Shown piece by piece: positions 23,503-36,800 of a stretch of DNA of 64,000 nucleotides; the first letter of the stretch is position 1, and the number at the start of each line of letters is the position of its first letter. A model generated the notes under the pieces. The model was given only the letters and a program-made list of their open reading frames with translations. It had not been told where the DNA came from and did not search any database. The translations under genes and the position numbers were made by a program. Where the stretch lies: NCBI RefSeq assembly GCF_040938485.1, contig NW_027271701.1, positions 186,001 through 250,000 on the forward strand. The letters run 5' to 3'. Source of the DNA: Diadema antillarum (lineage: Eukaryota).

Positions 23503-26500
23503 ATGGGATGACCTTATACGATGTCCTTAGCATATAAGCATGGGAAGATCTTGTACGAACGATGCACCTATAGGATATTGACTGTGCTTGCATGCCTAAT
23601 AGGCCCTATCATATCGGTGCTTTCATTGACAAAATTGCACTACCAGTACACACGCTGGTATTCATTTAATCTGCTTTTCTTTTTTATGATACCGGATTCA
23701 CTGGGGGCAGTCATTGAATTGAGTGATGATAAGGTATTATGGTTAAATCTGTAATACACTTATATACAAATAAATTGAGATGTACAATCTTTGGATTTTA
23801 TTCTAATTATAACATTTGCATGTACTGCACTCCAAATCAGAATCAGTGGGTACTTAGTGTAAGGAGACAATTTTTAAAAAATTATTATTATACAAGGCAG
23901 CATTACTTGAATAAAATCACATTTCACTTGCAAATCAAGACAGGAGTTAAATGATAAAGATTGGAAATGAGCCCTAATTTCTATTCTCACAAGAAAATAA
24001 TTCCAGATGTAGAGAGGCCAGTAAATACGTGTACAACAATTTCCAGATAAGATTCAGAGTAAGGACATGTCAATAGGAGTACATGTACTAAGTAAAAATC
24101 CAATTCCTTCCGAATGATGCACAATGAGAAATAACTGTCACACCTGATTGGGTTCTAACGTATGTAGACCTATCAGTAATATTGTTTTGGTGATGACTTT
24201 GATTTTAATGATGGGTTAAGTATTTGAGATTCAAGCAACAATTCACTCATCTATAGGGATTTATACTCATATACACATTAACATTTTGATGCCTGTAAGA
24301 TATCATATCTTGCTGTACCAATAAAAAACAAATCAGTGAATACTGTTCTGCAAGACTTCTCTTTATACCATAAGTTGTAAGAATTCCATCACCATGTTCA
24401 ATGACAATGGTAAAATTTGTAAGTTACAAAAGGAAAATGCACTTTCAAGGTTCGATCATGACAAAACTTGGCATAGACACCAGGAAAAGTGGGTAGAGAG
24501 ACACAGGCAGCCATACAGACAAAATGTACAGACACCACTCCAAAACAATTCGCAGCACAATGTACAGCATGACATAGCACACTTTGAATGCAAGGTTGAA
24601 CGCCTCATATTTACAGCATGGCATACCTTTCACGGTACTTGTACATGTATATGGTAAATCTGCAATGCACAACACTTTGCAAACAGCAATTTTCAAATAC
24701 GACAGACAAGGTAATGACTGGGGGTAATGACAAGAACGCATGTGATATTTCCTGATTCTACCATTTATTTCTTGATATATATCTTTGTACAAACTCTTAA
24801 ACATGACAAGTTTACACAATCTGTTCTCGCACACTACTAGTTTCAAGCTATTACAATAATTTGCTGATGACCCAAACAAATAGCAAACTTGACTTGAAAA
24901 GAAAACTCTTTCAAAGAACAGTTTTTTGAAATGTTCACTATCACATATGAAGCAACATCTTCACCATTCAAGGAGAAGCCCACCAAATTAAATGTGCTAG
25001 ATCCCTGTGAATAAAACAATACCACAGCATCAAATGCCTGATATCTCCATACAATGATCATGCAGTAATTCTCAAGTTTTAAAGAAGAAAATCAGTAGCT
25101 ATTCATAGCATGTATGACTCAATATATCTTGCCACATACCTTGCCACACAAATATCTTGGCATGTATGATGTCAATCTCTGAAGTCATGCCCCATAAGAC
25201 TTTGCACTCTGTTGAAGCAGATAATTTCATCACAGACACAATCATGGACATCTTTTACTGTCTAGCTCAATAAAGTTGTCAAATTTAAGCATATTTATGT
25301 GTATATGTGTTGAGAGATTGCCCATAATGGCTTGATTATGGTGATCTTGTGTGTATGCATGGAATGAATGTTGTAAAACAAATACAGTGCACTCCTGTTA
25401 TAACGAACACGGTTATAACAAATCCCGGTTACAATAAAGTATTGTAAGAATTTAGGCCACAACGTTATCCACCATATGTATCTTTATCATCTATTTGTTT
25501 GGTTATAACAAAACTTCGATACAATGAAAGAAAACTGCTGGTCTCAAGGACTTTGTTATAATGGGAGTCCACTGTAAGATATATTAAACTCTGTAAAAAT
25601 GGACAATTACAGGCATCCTTGTCAAAATACATGGCCAAGAATGCACACAACCTTCCTTGTAGTAACTCCTTCAAAAGGATTCTCAGAGAGAATCCAATGC
25701 TTGACACAACAGGAACTGTTCCAATTCCATCACACTTAGCATCTAGTGTTTTAGTTGCAAACCATATCTTGATCCCTAGCCCACCCCGCCCCCAAGTAGG
25801 AATTAAATTATGTGTCAATCAAGCTCTTAAAGACATCTACTTGGTTCAGTATGCAATTTTCTTGATGCCACTCAGATATACTCTCCAGGAATTATGGATT
25901 CACACAATTATCGTAAGTCTCTGCTAATAATGTACAAATAAATATGTTATACAACTGTACATGAGCTGTACAATGCCAACACATAATACAGACTGAGTGT
26001 TGCAACATGAGTGCAACAGTTTTTGTTGTTAATGTTTTTGTTGTTAATGCTATAATTTGTACAAAGAAAAGGACAAAAAAAAATATAAGTGACTTTGTGT
26101 GCCAAGACATATGGCTCACTCTTATTTCAGGGCTTCATGAGGGAATGATATATGCAAAGCCTCGCAACACTGTATGACATACTTAAGTCTTACAAAATGA
26201 AAATCTCACATGCAACACACAGATTATGAACAGTTCGGAAACAATATCACAATCTTGACTAGTTTGATTTTTATCATGATCTTGAATGCTTATAAGCACG
26301 CAGCCACAGGATAGATGGCTTTAAGTCCCCTCTGAAAGACCAGACAATGAGCATAAATTGTCTCGTCTACTACGGGCACAACTGCTCCTGCCAAAGGACT
26401 CAAAAACCACAGACCTCGAGACTAAGTCTGTGGTCGTCCCCACTGAGCTCCAACTCCAACTGCTCCTCACCAGACTCCTAGAGATGTTGGGTTCAGGTCC

Positions 26501-27829
26501 AACTGAAAGTATGCCACACAATGTTTCACTAATATATTACACAGACCCAAACATGTGTAAGTGATCAAACAATAGTCTGACCATATTCAAAGTTTCCTTA
26601 AATATGCTTATCACTCTCACTTTCCTCAGTATGAGAAAGTAGGGGAGATTACTCCATGCAAGATTAAGCAAAGCAGTGTTGGCTTTGATGGCATACTAGC
26701 AGCATATTCATGTGCTACATGTAATAGATACGCACCAGTATCTATCTGACATAAATGTACCAGGTGAAATGTGTGATGTTACCTAACTTTCTTTGAAGGT
26801 AGCTCCCTTCATATATCTTTTAACCAGAGTTTGATTCTTGAATACAAAGAGACAACAGTGTGTAAACATGTCTTCCTTGAGGAAAATGCCTCCACATTCA
26901 AATCATGGTCAAAACGTAACATGTGACACCTAAATGTTTCTTCAGTATTGTCAGATGGAGTCTGAAAGACACCTCAAGCATTTAAGGAAAATTGAATGAT
27001 ATTGATATCCTGTTAATATCACATGGTGGTTTGAGTTGACCCTGACAATTGTGTACACATTTTACAAATTTATGCAAACAGCCAGCTACATAAAACATTG
27101 GAACTGGCAAGAACAGAAAGAGAGCTACTACACACAAAATAGTTTTCAAACATACAGTTCAATACAATGTCAATAAGCATTAAGAAGATTGCACCACATT
27201 TGAAGTGGAACAATAATTTCCTTGACATCCTGCTGCAATTAACTCTTTATGTGCCACGTTCGCATGCCCACCTCAGTTGACAGCGTGCCAAGTTCACATA
27301 TTTTGCTCAAACGCACAAGCCCACCAGAACCGATCAATAAATCGCCAAATGCCGCTGTATTATGAAAGCTTGCATTATGTGGTGATTTAATATCAAGCGC
27401 TGTTTCCTATTGGATTTGTGAGTGAACTCTAGGTTTCTGTCACTGTTTTGTGTGCAAGTTACACCTGAACAATACAGTAGCTACTGGTTATTTGAAAGAA
27501 AAATAATCAGAGATTTGTCATAAGATTTACATCATGGCAAAGCTTGGCATTTTCTCTGCAATCTTTGCTCATTGCATATCCAGTGTTACAAAATCTATAA
27601 CAAGTTTAATGCATGGATCTGAAAAACTAAAGCATGCCTATGTTGCAGTTACAGAAGAATGTCGCACACATGGGGTTCACACTGTGGCACATAGAGAGTT
27701 GAGTGTTGGCATTCTTGTACAGGGGATTGACTTTTGTCCGGATGGCTGGTAAGAGGAGCATGAGCCTTCTCCTCTCACTCTTAGTCGTTTCTTGGTCTAC
27801 CAACTGATGCTGGATGGTCTACAAGTCTC

Positions 27830-30800
27830 TCATTTAGCTTCCAGCATCGGCAAGAAATGTTGGTAGTACCCCCTGGTCACATCAATCATGAGTTCCTGTG
27901 TGCATTCAGGCAGCTCGCCGGATATCGAACCTGTGACAGAGTGATAGTAGCGAGATTGCAGCTTACATCATCAGAGTAGGCATCAGCATCATCTTGCTTT
28001 ATCCCTCAGCTTACAGGAATGTTTGTGTTTAAATCTGTCACTATTTCTGTGGATAGTTTCTGTAATTAAGTATGAATATTGATGATAAGCTCATCATATA
28101 CCACCCCCAAAGAAAAAAAACAACAACAACAACATAACAAGTATTGACCATGTAGAAACATTATGAACAAACCCAAATCATGATGTGAAGGTTGACACAC
28201 CATCCACAACATAAAGCTGTCACATAACTTGGCAGCAACGCTTTCCATACTACAGCAGTGTCTCCCACATGAATTCAAAAATATTTCATACAAGTCAAGG
28301 ACATATACTCATTTTTTTTTTTTTTTTAATCTGTTTGCCTCTCTCTCACACAATTTTTCTCTCTTTCTTTCTAGTCTAGAATAAATAAAGTTTAGAGATG
28401 CACATGGGCAATTCCGCGGTTAGTAACGTTACATTTTAAGGACATTCTCATTATTTAGATTAGACCCATTTCTCTATCTGTGGATGTGAAGTCTCATTAA
28501 TGTCACCAGAGATCATTCTAGTGTAGACCTAGAACAGAGCAAAGAATGAAATCATTTCATGAATTATTTTAGAAGAAAGGTCTGCTTTTAATGCCGGTTA
28601 GTAACGTTACAAAAAAGGACGTGAAAAATTGATGAGCATCTTTGAACAAAAAGTTTGCTAAAACTGGTATAGCTTGAAATATATCAACACTTATTTTTCA
28701 TTTCTAGCTTTAAGGGCAATGTCTACCCCAAATATTCTTTCTCATTATAACTTTGTTTGAAAATTAAGTACAAAAATCATGGTTAGTAACGTTACGGTTA
28801 GTAACGTTACGGTTTGTCCAGTGATAACAGAATTGTGTGTTAACTCAAATCATTACATGTTTCCCCATGATAATGCAAAGTTAAAGCTAAGAAACATCAG
28901 ATAAGACATGAAACTCTTATTTCAATCATCAAACTAATGCAGTATAGTACATGTACAAGTACTTGTACATGTTAAAAAAGACTAGAAAAAAAGTTTGCAT
29001 AAATTACAAACTAAAAAAAAGTACCACTTTCAAAGGCTAGGTCAAGTGATATCCACAGTTTCATAACTTTGCCAATCACTGTTTATCATGACTCACAGTA
29101 ATTCACAAAAGCAGCCTGTTTTATTGAGCAAAACAGTTAATGTATTCCTTATCAAGAGTACCTTTAATAAAGGGGAAAGAAATCAAAGAGCAAAAACTAA
29201 TGTACCGGTATGTAGTATGTACAGTGTATGGCCAATTGTGGTGTGCGTAGTCATTGCACAATAGGAATCCAGCATAATGCAATGTTTTATATTATTGTGA
29301 AAGTAGTTTAAGTCATATGACATTAACTCAAATAATACAGTGTATTAGTTGAATTCATGTTTATTCAAGTCTAGAGACATGTATTTTTTTTTTTCGTTTA
29401 GACCAGTTTGAATGTCTAATCTCTGCACTGTTCGCTGTACCTGAAGCGTAATTAACCCCGACAAACCATTGTATGATAATTTCAAATTGGGACAGAAAAT
29501 TTGAAGCAATGGCCCTAATTGTTTTTAATACTTCTTTCCACACAAAATGCTCTGCTGGCCCACAGATTCCATCAATTGCCCCTTCCCATGGGAAGTGGTT
29601 AAAAAAAAAAAAAAAAAATCGCTCAATGTGCACCTTGTGAGCCTTCTGTAGTGATGCAAATGCTGTAGACCCCCCCCCCCCCCAACATTTCCCGCCATGA
29701 TTCCGCAACGCGCAAAGTTTTTGCCGCATCGTCTCATGACTTTTTTCATTGAAGTCTCCCGCATATTTTGAGATCAAATTTGCGACGTCCGGGTACACCG
29801 TTCTGCAGTTATGTAATGTTTTGCATAACTCCATGTCGACCTGAAAACAGCTCAAATTCATGATATCGTGTGCAAATCCAATGCAAATTGTGTTTTTTTG
29901 TTAATTTTATATTAATAAGATTGTTTCAACCTTTGACCTGTGAAATTAATCAATTGTAATGTAGATAAGCTTGAAAAAGTGCCTGCAACAAATTTTGGCA
30001 AAAACGACCAATAGAAAACAAAAGGTAAAAAACATTAAAATACATAAGAAATTAACAAAACAATAAAAAACAAAAGAAACTGATTTTGATTTTGCTATTT
30101 TTTTTGCAAGAAAATTGTTTGATGTGTCTTGAGGAACTCTTATACAAAAATTTAGCAATCCTTCAGTCTGTTTTATGGAGTTATAGGTGAAAATATGATT
30201 TCATACGTAAATTTGCATAATTAATTTACTAAAAAAAGAAGCCAATATCTTTTTACTGTATGACCATGTAATCTCGTAGTTGACATCTGGCTCTATCATC
30301 AGGCAAAATTTTGCCAGACCAGGACCTGTCCATTGGAGTCTTATTCACTTATTTCATGGTTAGTAACGTTACAATACACACAGGCTGTGGTTAGTAACGT
30401 TACGTGGTTAGTAACGTTACACATTTTGACTGCTGTTATTTCTAACTTCTATAATGATTAGTAATACTTATTTTTATATTCAGTTAGTCATTGGACACAG
30501 CAGGAAAAATTGAAATATTATCATTCATAGACACTTTATACTCTCTGGAGGTAAATAATTTCACTTTTTGGTTAGTAACGTTACATGACTGTCCAATGGT
30601 TGGGGAAATGCACACATATTTGCATTTCGAAGACATGTAAGTTGATTTTACTTAATCTATCCATGTAAGCACTGCATTGCCTCTATGAATTCAATATTTG
30701 TGGCTAGAAAATGGCATTTACCTTGACTAGCTACAGTGTATCTTCTTTGCTATTATGGAGATTTTACTGATGAAATTCAATCTGAAAGATTACTTGTTCA

Positions 30801-33800
30801 AAATTGGTGAATTCAATACCTAAAACTATCAAGATACCCTGAAAAATAGTTTTTCCTGAATTATCAATGTGTTCTTTCTGAAGTCAAACACAAAAATCAA
30901 GGAAAAAAACAAATTGAAATTTTATGGTCATGTCCCTCTAACTGCGGAATTGCCCACATAAAGATGTATGTCACACGGCAAAGTCTGACCTGGGTTGCCA
31001 CCAATGACGGTGAACGGAGGAACAACAGTCTCAGGAGGAAGGTACGTGTTGTCAGCTATTGCACAGCAGTCCTTCAGCACACATCTCCTTCCCTGATTTC
31101 AAGACAAAATGACATAACAAAACAAAACAAAACAAAAACAAAGCATGTTACAAAGAATAGCAACACTTCAGGCACCTCCTGTACTTCACCGCCACACTGC
31201 ATCATAGTACTTATCATACTTGTAGTTTCTTAGAATGCTGAAACAAGGTGTCCATTGGTGCCTCATACTGTACATCTTTCTCAGCATTCAAAGGACAAAT
31301 AGATTATGGAATTACTGTAAAAGGCAACTGCATACAAATTATTTCACAGTTGCATACTGTACTGTGTAGTTTGACCAAGGAGGTTTGAGAAATGGATTAA
31401 CAACAGTCTCATTCCCTTTGATCCCATGTTTCATGCCGCAACTCAAAAATACTTGAAGTATGTGCTAAACTGGAGCTGCCTCGCAGATAGGAAGACACTT
31501 GATTCATGTGGCACTGCATCATGACTGTCACTCTCAAAGGAAGATATATCTTTATGATGGTAATTGCTTTTTGCCATCCCTTCTTAGAAAACAAGCAGCA
31601 CATTAATAGTACAGGCAAGGGTATGTGTGAATAAAAATTGTACAAAAATTGATGAAATAAAAATCAAAATTAATAGTTTTTACATGACTTTACACAAACC
31701 TAACATATAAATGAATAAAGAACTACGTGTATACTCGAAAATTATACCATATCAGTTTCATTTGTCGGAAGCGATCGGAAAGATGATAAAATCGGCTTTT
31801 GTAGTGAGAGTACAGTTTCAAATATTTTCACGACATACAGCTCAGGTTTACATTTTTGCACATAATGGATGGGATTTACTTTTGTTTCATATGCTTTATC
31901 ATTAAGAGAACATTCACTCTATTTGACAAATAAACAAGCAGAATATAGATGATATAATGTTAGAGTTTAAAATGAATCTTCAGATTGCTCAAAAAGACGG
32001 CGGCATGGAACCCTGATCATCAAAGGCACAAGTGCACAGATCTGCGGAATTCTTTTGTGCATCAAAAGAAAAATGGCGGCTGTTTGAATAATTACAGCAA
32101 GTTGGAACTCCATCTCTTAAACCTCCTTGGTTTGACACACTAGTAGCCTACCCTTCGAATCAGCAATCAGTTTAGATGGTGCAAAAGCTAACACACACAC
32201 ACACACACACACACATAGGGCAAAATGTGGAATTTATTTTCGCTAGCGAGCGCATACCTCTTTCTTCTGTTGTGCATTTTTGTTGAGCATTTTTGTTGCG
32301 TAATTGTTCGCATTCTTCTCCTCGCATGCTTATATATTCTCCTAGTTAGCCTTTCAGGCTTCATTCTCCGTCGAGCATTCCACCATCACTCCCACCCAAC
32401 ACACCCCTCCCTTGCAGTTTTTTACCTTTTTTCTTTCCTTTACAGGTGTATTCTCGGTCTTTGTAAATATTTGTCTTCTACTTTAGTTCTCGGCATACTT
32501 ATATTTTTACAAGTTTTCATTGATCATTTCGATCATCACATTTATGCAATTTTTATATTCTTCAAGATTGTTTCCAAGCAAGATTGCTGGTTTGCCGTTC
32601 TTTTTTCCTTTCTGAATTTACAGGCGAATGGGCTAAGTTGACCGCTCCATTACATGATCCAGCCCTGCAACGTCTGACAGCCGTAGATCTTCCAGCACTC
32701 CTCGCTTCTTCCAAAGCCGATTCTACCACAAGGCTCTATCTCACATACTGGAGAAAATGGGAGGCTTGGGTATTTTTCGCATCCAAGCATTCCAGCTTTC
32801 CCGGTTGCCCCTTTTCATCTTTCCCTCTACCTGGCTCACCTGGCATCTGCTGGTCCCAAGTCCGTCGCAGACCTCACAATAGCCGCCATCAAGTGGATTC
32901 ACAGTCTAGCCAGTTTTCCGTCGCCCACTGATGATCCCATGGTCAAGACTGCTCTTCAGGGTTTCAAGCACCTACATTCTTCTCCAACCTCACGCAAGTT
33001 ACCACTAACTCCTCATAGTTTGTGAGAAATCTTGAAAGTGCACGGCCAAGCCAATGCGTCTTTGGCGGATCTCCGGATCCTATTCATTTCTTTTATTTCC
33101 TACGCCAGTTTTTTGCGTTTTGACGATCTAAAGAAGGTATCTCGAAAAAGTTGCACCTTCTTGCAGGATTGTCTCAGTATCCATCTACCAAGTTCGAAAT
33201 TGTATCAATTCAGACAAGGTAGCGACATAGTCATCGCCAGGACAGGCAAGGACACCTGTCCAGTTCGTGTAGCGGAGCGCTATTTTGCCGCTCTTGGTGA
33301 TCCTCTAGATTGTTCTCTTCCAGTTCTTTGTAGGTTGCAGGTCTCTAAGCGCGGTCTGATTCCTACCTCTCATCCTTTAAGTTACTCTCGCACTCGCGAG
33401 ATCATACTGGATGCCATTAAGCCTTTTGTGCCTGCCATTTCGAGGTACGGGCTTCATAGTATGAGGTCCGGCGGTGCCTCAACCGCATTCAATGCTCATG
33501 TTCCTACTTTTTTGATTTCCAGGCAGGGTAGATGGAGCTCCGATTTGGCTCGTAATAAATACGTGCAAATTGATTTAGAATCCAAGCTTTTAGCTTCTAC
33601 TTCTCTTGGCATTTAATCGCTTTGTTTTAGCTTAACTATATAGCAAAGACTTTATGTTCCTTTTGCACAGTTTCATTTTTTGTGAACGTCCCAGTATCTA
33701 AACTTTCTTGGTCAGATACCCTATATAGTTTTGTACTGTCATTCCATATTTTTCATATATCCCATTACGAAAGTTATTCTCAATTTCTTAATGTTCGTAA

Positions 33801-36800
33801 ACTCCCGCATCTAGCAGTTTCTATTTTTCAGTATTTTTTGGAATTTCGTTATTTTTTGCATGTCATCTCGCATAGTTTGGCGTGTCATACCCTAGTTTTT
33901 TCTGACGCCTTTTTCTAAACAGGTAATTTATGTACTACATTCATGCCTATGCTTGTTAGCACGTTAAGGTTCTGCAGACATTAAAAGGCTTCGTTTATTC
34001 CGCTTGCTCATTTGTTTTACGCTTTTAAAATAATTTTCTCCATATGGTCATTTTATCCTTCATGTTTGAGCAAGGAGCCAGGGAGTGCGCCCTTGTTTAG
34101 TATCCTTGGTTGCAACCACGTTTCCTCCACGGGTTTTTTTTCGTGGCCTCTGTATTAACTTTTGTTCACGCATTACACGTAGTTTTGATACTATATGCCT
34201 TGCTCTTTATAGGGCTCATACTTCCATTTCCCTTTATAGAGGTACCTATAGTCCATGAGCCAAGTCTGAAAAAGCCCTTATTTTTCGATTTGGTTGCACC
34301 CCCGGAGGGCCCAAGATTTCTTGTTTCCAAAAGATAGGTACAAGTCTGTAGTTCATGGAAATGACATTTTTTACCTTGAACTCTTGATCGTTACCATGGC
34401 AACGCAGTTGATATATCACAACCTTTGGTAATGTGTGCCATTTCAGTGTCAAATCAAGAAATTGGGTTTAATTGTTCAAAGTTTATTTTTTATGAACATA
34501 TTCTTAGCATATAAGTAGTATTTTGTAAGAATGTAGGTTGAATAAATTTCTTGAAAAATAATTGGTTTAAATAAACATGAGTGTTGCATTATGGGTACTA
34601 ATGCCGTTTGAATGTCATGTGACTCTTTTCATTGTAGGTCATATCAATGCATTGTCAAAATTTTAGTCAATGTTATTTTATCTTGGCATTATTCAGTTAA
34701 AATGGACAGAATTCATTATAACGAAGCATATTCATAAAGAATAGTGTCTAATGACTTCAATTTTCCCATATGGAGGCAGACTACCAGCTTGTTACCATGG
34801 CAACTGAAATCATGTAAAGAGCATAAAAACCTGATTCTGCCTACACAAAGCTCCAGTAAGGGCAATAATGTCTGTGAAGTGTACAGTCTTAAAACCAAAA
34901 TTTATAAAAAAATTATTAACTGTCCCAATAAAGGACCAAATTGATTGACCTATGAACAACTAAATATTTTTGTCAGGTCAGTGTCAATGTCATTTCAAGG
35001 TCATTCTCAAGGTCATTTTCAAGGTCAAACTTTAGGTCAAATGGTACATGGCATCTTGCAGCTTTATATCATGGTTATGTAATAAACACTGCAAAGAAAA
35101 TAAAAAATATAAGATATATTAAGCAATGCTAAAGGAGCACCATGACATAAAAAAAATAAGTTTTCAGATCATTAGAAAAGCGCCCTCTTTTGGCCAAATG
35201 TGAAATAATACTTCTACATCTGAAGGAGACAAAGATGGAGGAAAATGGCAGAAGTATTAATGATGGCATGATCCAGGTCGCATCCAGGTGTAAGTTGTTT
35301 TCATCATAAGGGAGAAAGCTAACCAGCTGATACATCATGACCAGAGAGCATTTATTACAATAGGTAAGTGTTTACAAAGTTTGTGTTAATCTAATAATTA
35401 GTAATTATGTCTCAATATTTAGAACTAGAAAAACCAAGGTCTTAAAAGATTAGTCCCATATATTAATTTTCATGTAAGTTATATGAAATTTCATTAAAGG
35501 CTAAAAAAGCGTAGTCTTTGTTAAATCTCTGTTTGTCCAAGCCATCAAAAAGGAAATCAGTTGTTCAGATTAAGAGTACGGTATTGTGACAAGTAGATAA
35601 CAATAGCCAGAGTAAAATCATTATATCTGTATATCATCAAGATTAGGTCCAGAATATGGACCAATGCAAGAATTAGGTTCAAAACTGTGTTTTTTTTTTA
35701 GACCAAAATGTTAACCGTTAAATCAGGACCAAGATCACGATCACGTTTTGAGCTGATGAATGAATATGTTATCAGTACTAAGATCATTGGTCTTTGCTAG
35801 TGATCAAAACCTTTTACCCTATCCTAATATTAAGATTTAGAATATGATTAAGAACATCATTATTAGGCTCAGGCACATATTGAATTAATAATAAATATCA
35901 GGAATAAGACTTAGTGACTTACGTAGCCTGAGTCTAAGATGAAATATCAGGACCAAGATGATGGAAATGCCATGATCAAATTAAACATACAAAAGAAAAA
36001 CCCAGTCAATGTTGGTCAAAATAAACGCTGAACAAAGTGGGAAAATACCAGAATTAAGATGATAAAATTTGATATAAAGCAAAACATTCTCCTATTTAAG
36101 AACAAAGTATGACTTAAACCAAAAAGAAAGACCACAGATCTAGATCAAGGGCGCAATGGACACATTGAGTAGCAGACCCAGTTTGCTGCAGGTTAAAGCC
36201 TTTTCGAGGGTATTTAGTTGTACACGTATTCTGGTAAAACGGGCAACAGAAATTAAATTAACAACATTTTTTTTTTTATAAATTGGAAGAGGTACCAGTG
36301 GTACCAAGGCCATTTGACACTGCATTACAATTTTGTATGGTGGACAATTACCCTAGTCATAATAATCAATTTTATGCAGGTTTGCAATCACCAAGAGGAC
36401 CAGGTTTGCGGCAGGGGGTCCAGTTTGCAGCACCCCACACAAAAATGTCCCCTGATTTCTTCAAACATTAAAATTTTGCAAAAACCAAATATTTTTTATG
36501 GTCCAACTAGTTTTCAGCTTGTTAGAACACTTTATTTGGATTCATTATCTTGATTCCTTCATGATTTCATAGTTTTTCAAGATCGCATGTATTTCATCAA
36601 TCAATTTCCACCCATTTTGACATGTGAAATAGCGCTATGTGTGTAAATCCAATAGGGGTGCCGCAAACCGAACCCATCTCCGACATTTTGGTCACTGTTG
36701 CAATCCGCCTCAAAACTGACAAAGGAAATTAATTTTAGAATATTTAACACAGTTACTCGAGGAATCCTTACCACGCCATTCCTCTTTTGAGAGTAAGATT

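Noticed and set aside
26321-26521. Exon-like ORFs on both strands downstream of DCTN5
   Set aside because: No recognisable homology and no partner exons; could be UTR or non-coding.
29361-29861. 166-aa minus-strand ORF
   Set aside because: Runs through homopolymer tracts and a non-coding interspersed repeat inside the Sola2-like element; no protein motif.
28418-30584. Repeated GGTTAGTAACGTTAC as a CRISPR-like array
   Set aside because: Eukaryotic context, 15-bp unit, irregular spacing, enclosed by TIRs and a TSD; no cas genes.
31400-31530. Protein-like minus-strand reading (…[19 protein letters not shown]…) in DCTN5 intron 4
   Set aside because: Two stops, no family recognised, and DCTN5 is complete without it.
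32225-32641. 138-aa hydrophobic ORF as a membrane protein
   Set aside because: Produced by a T/C-rich tract ahead of the YR acceptor; low-complexity composition.
35160-35362. Upstream coding exon of the Academ transposase (donor GTAAGT near 35362)
   Set aside because: All three frames have stops before the donor; may be a UTR exon or decayed.
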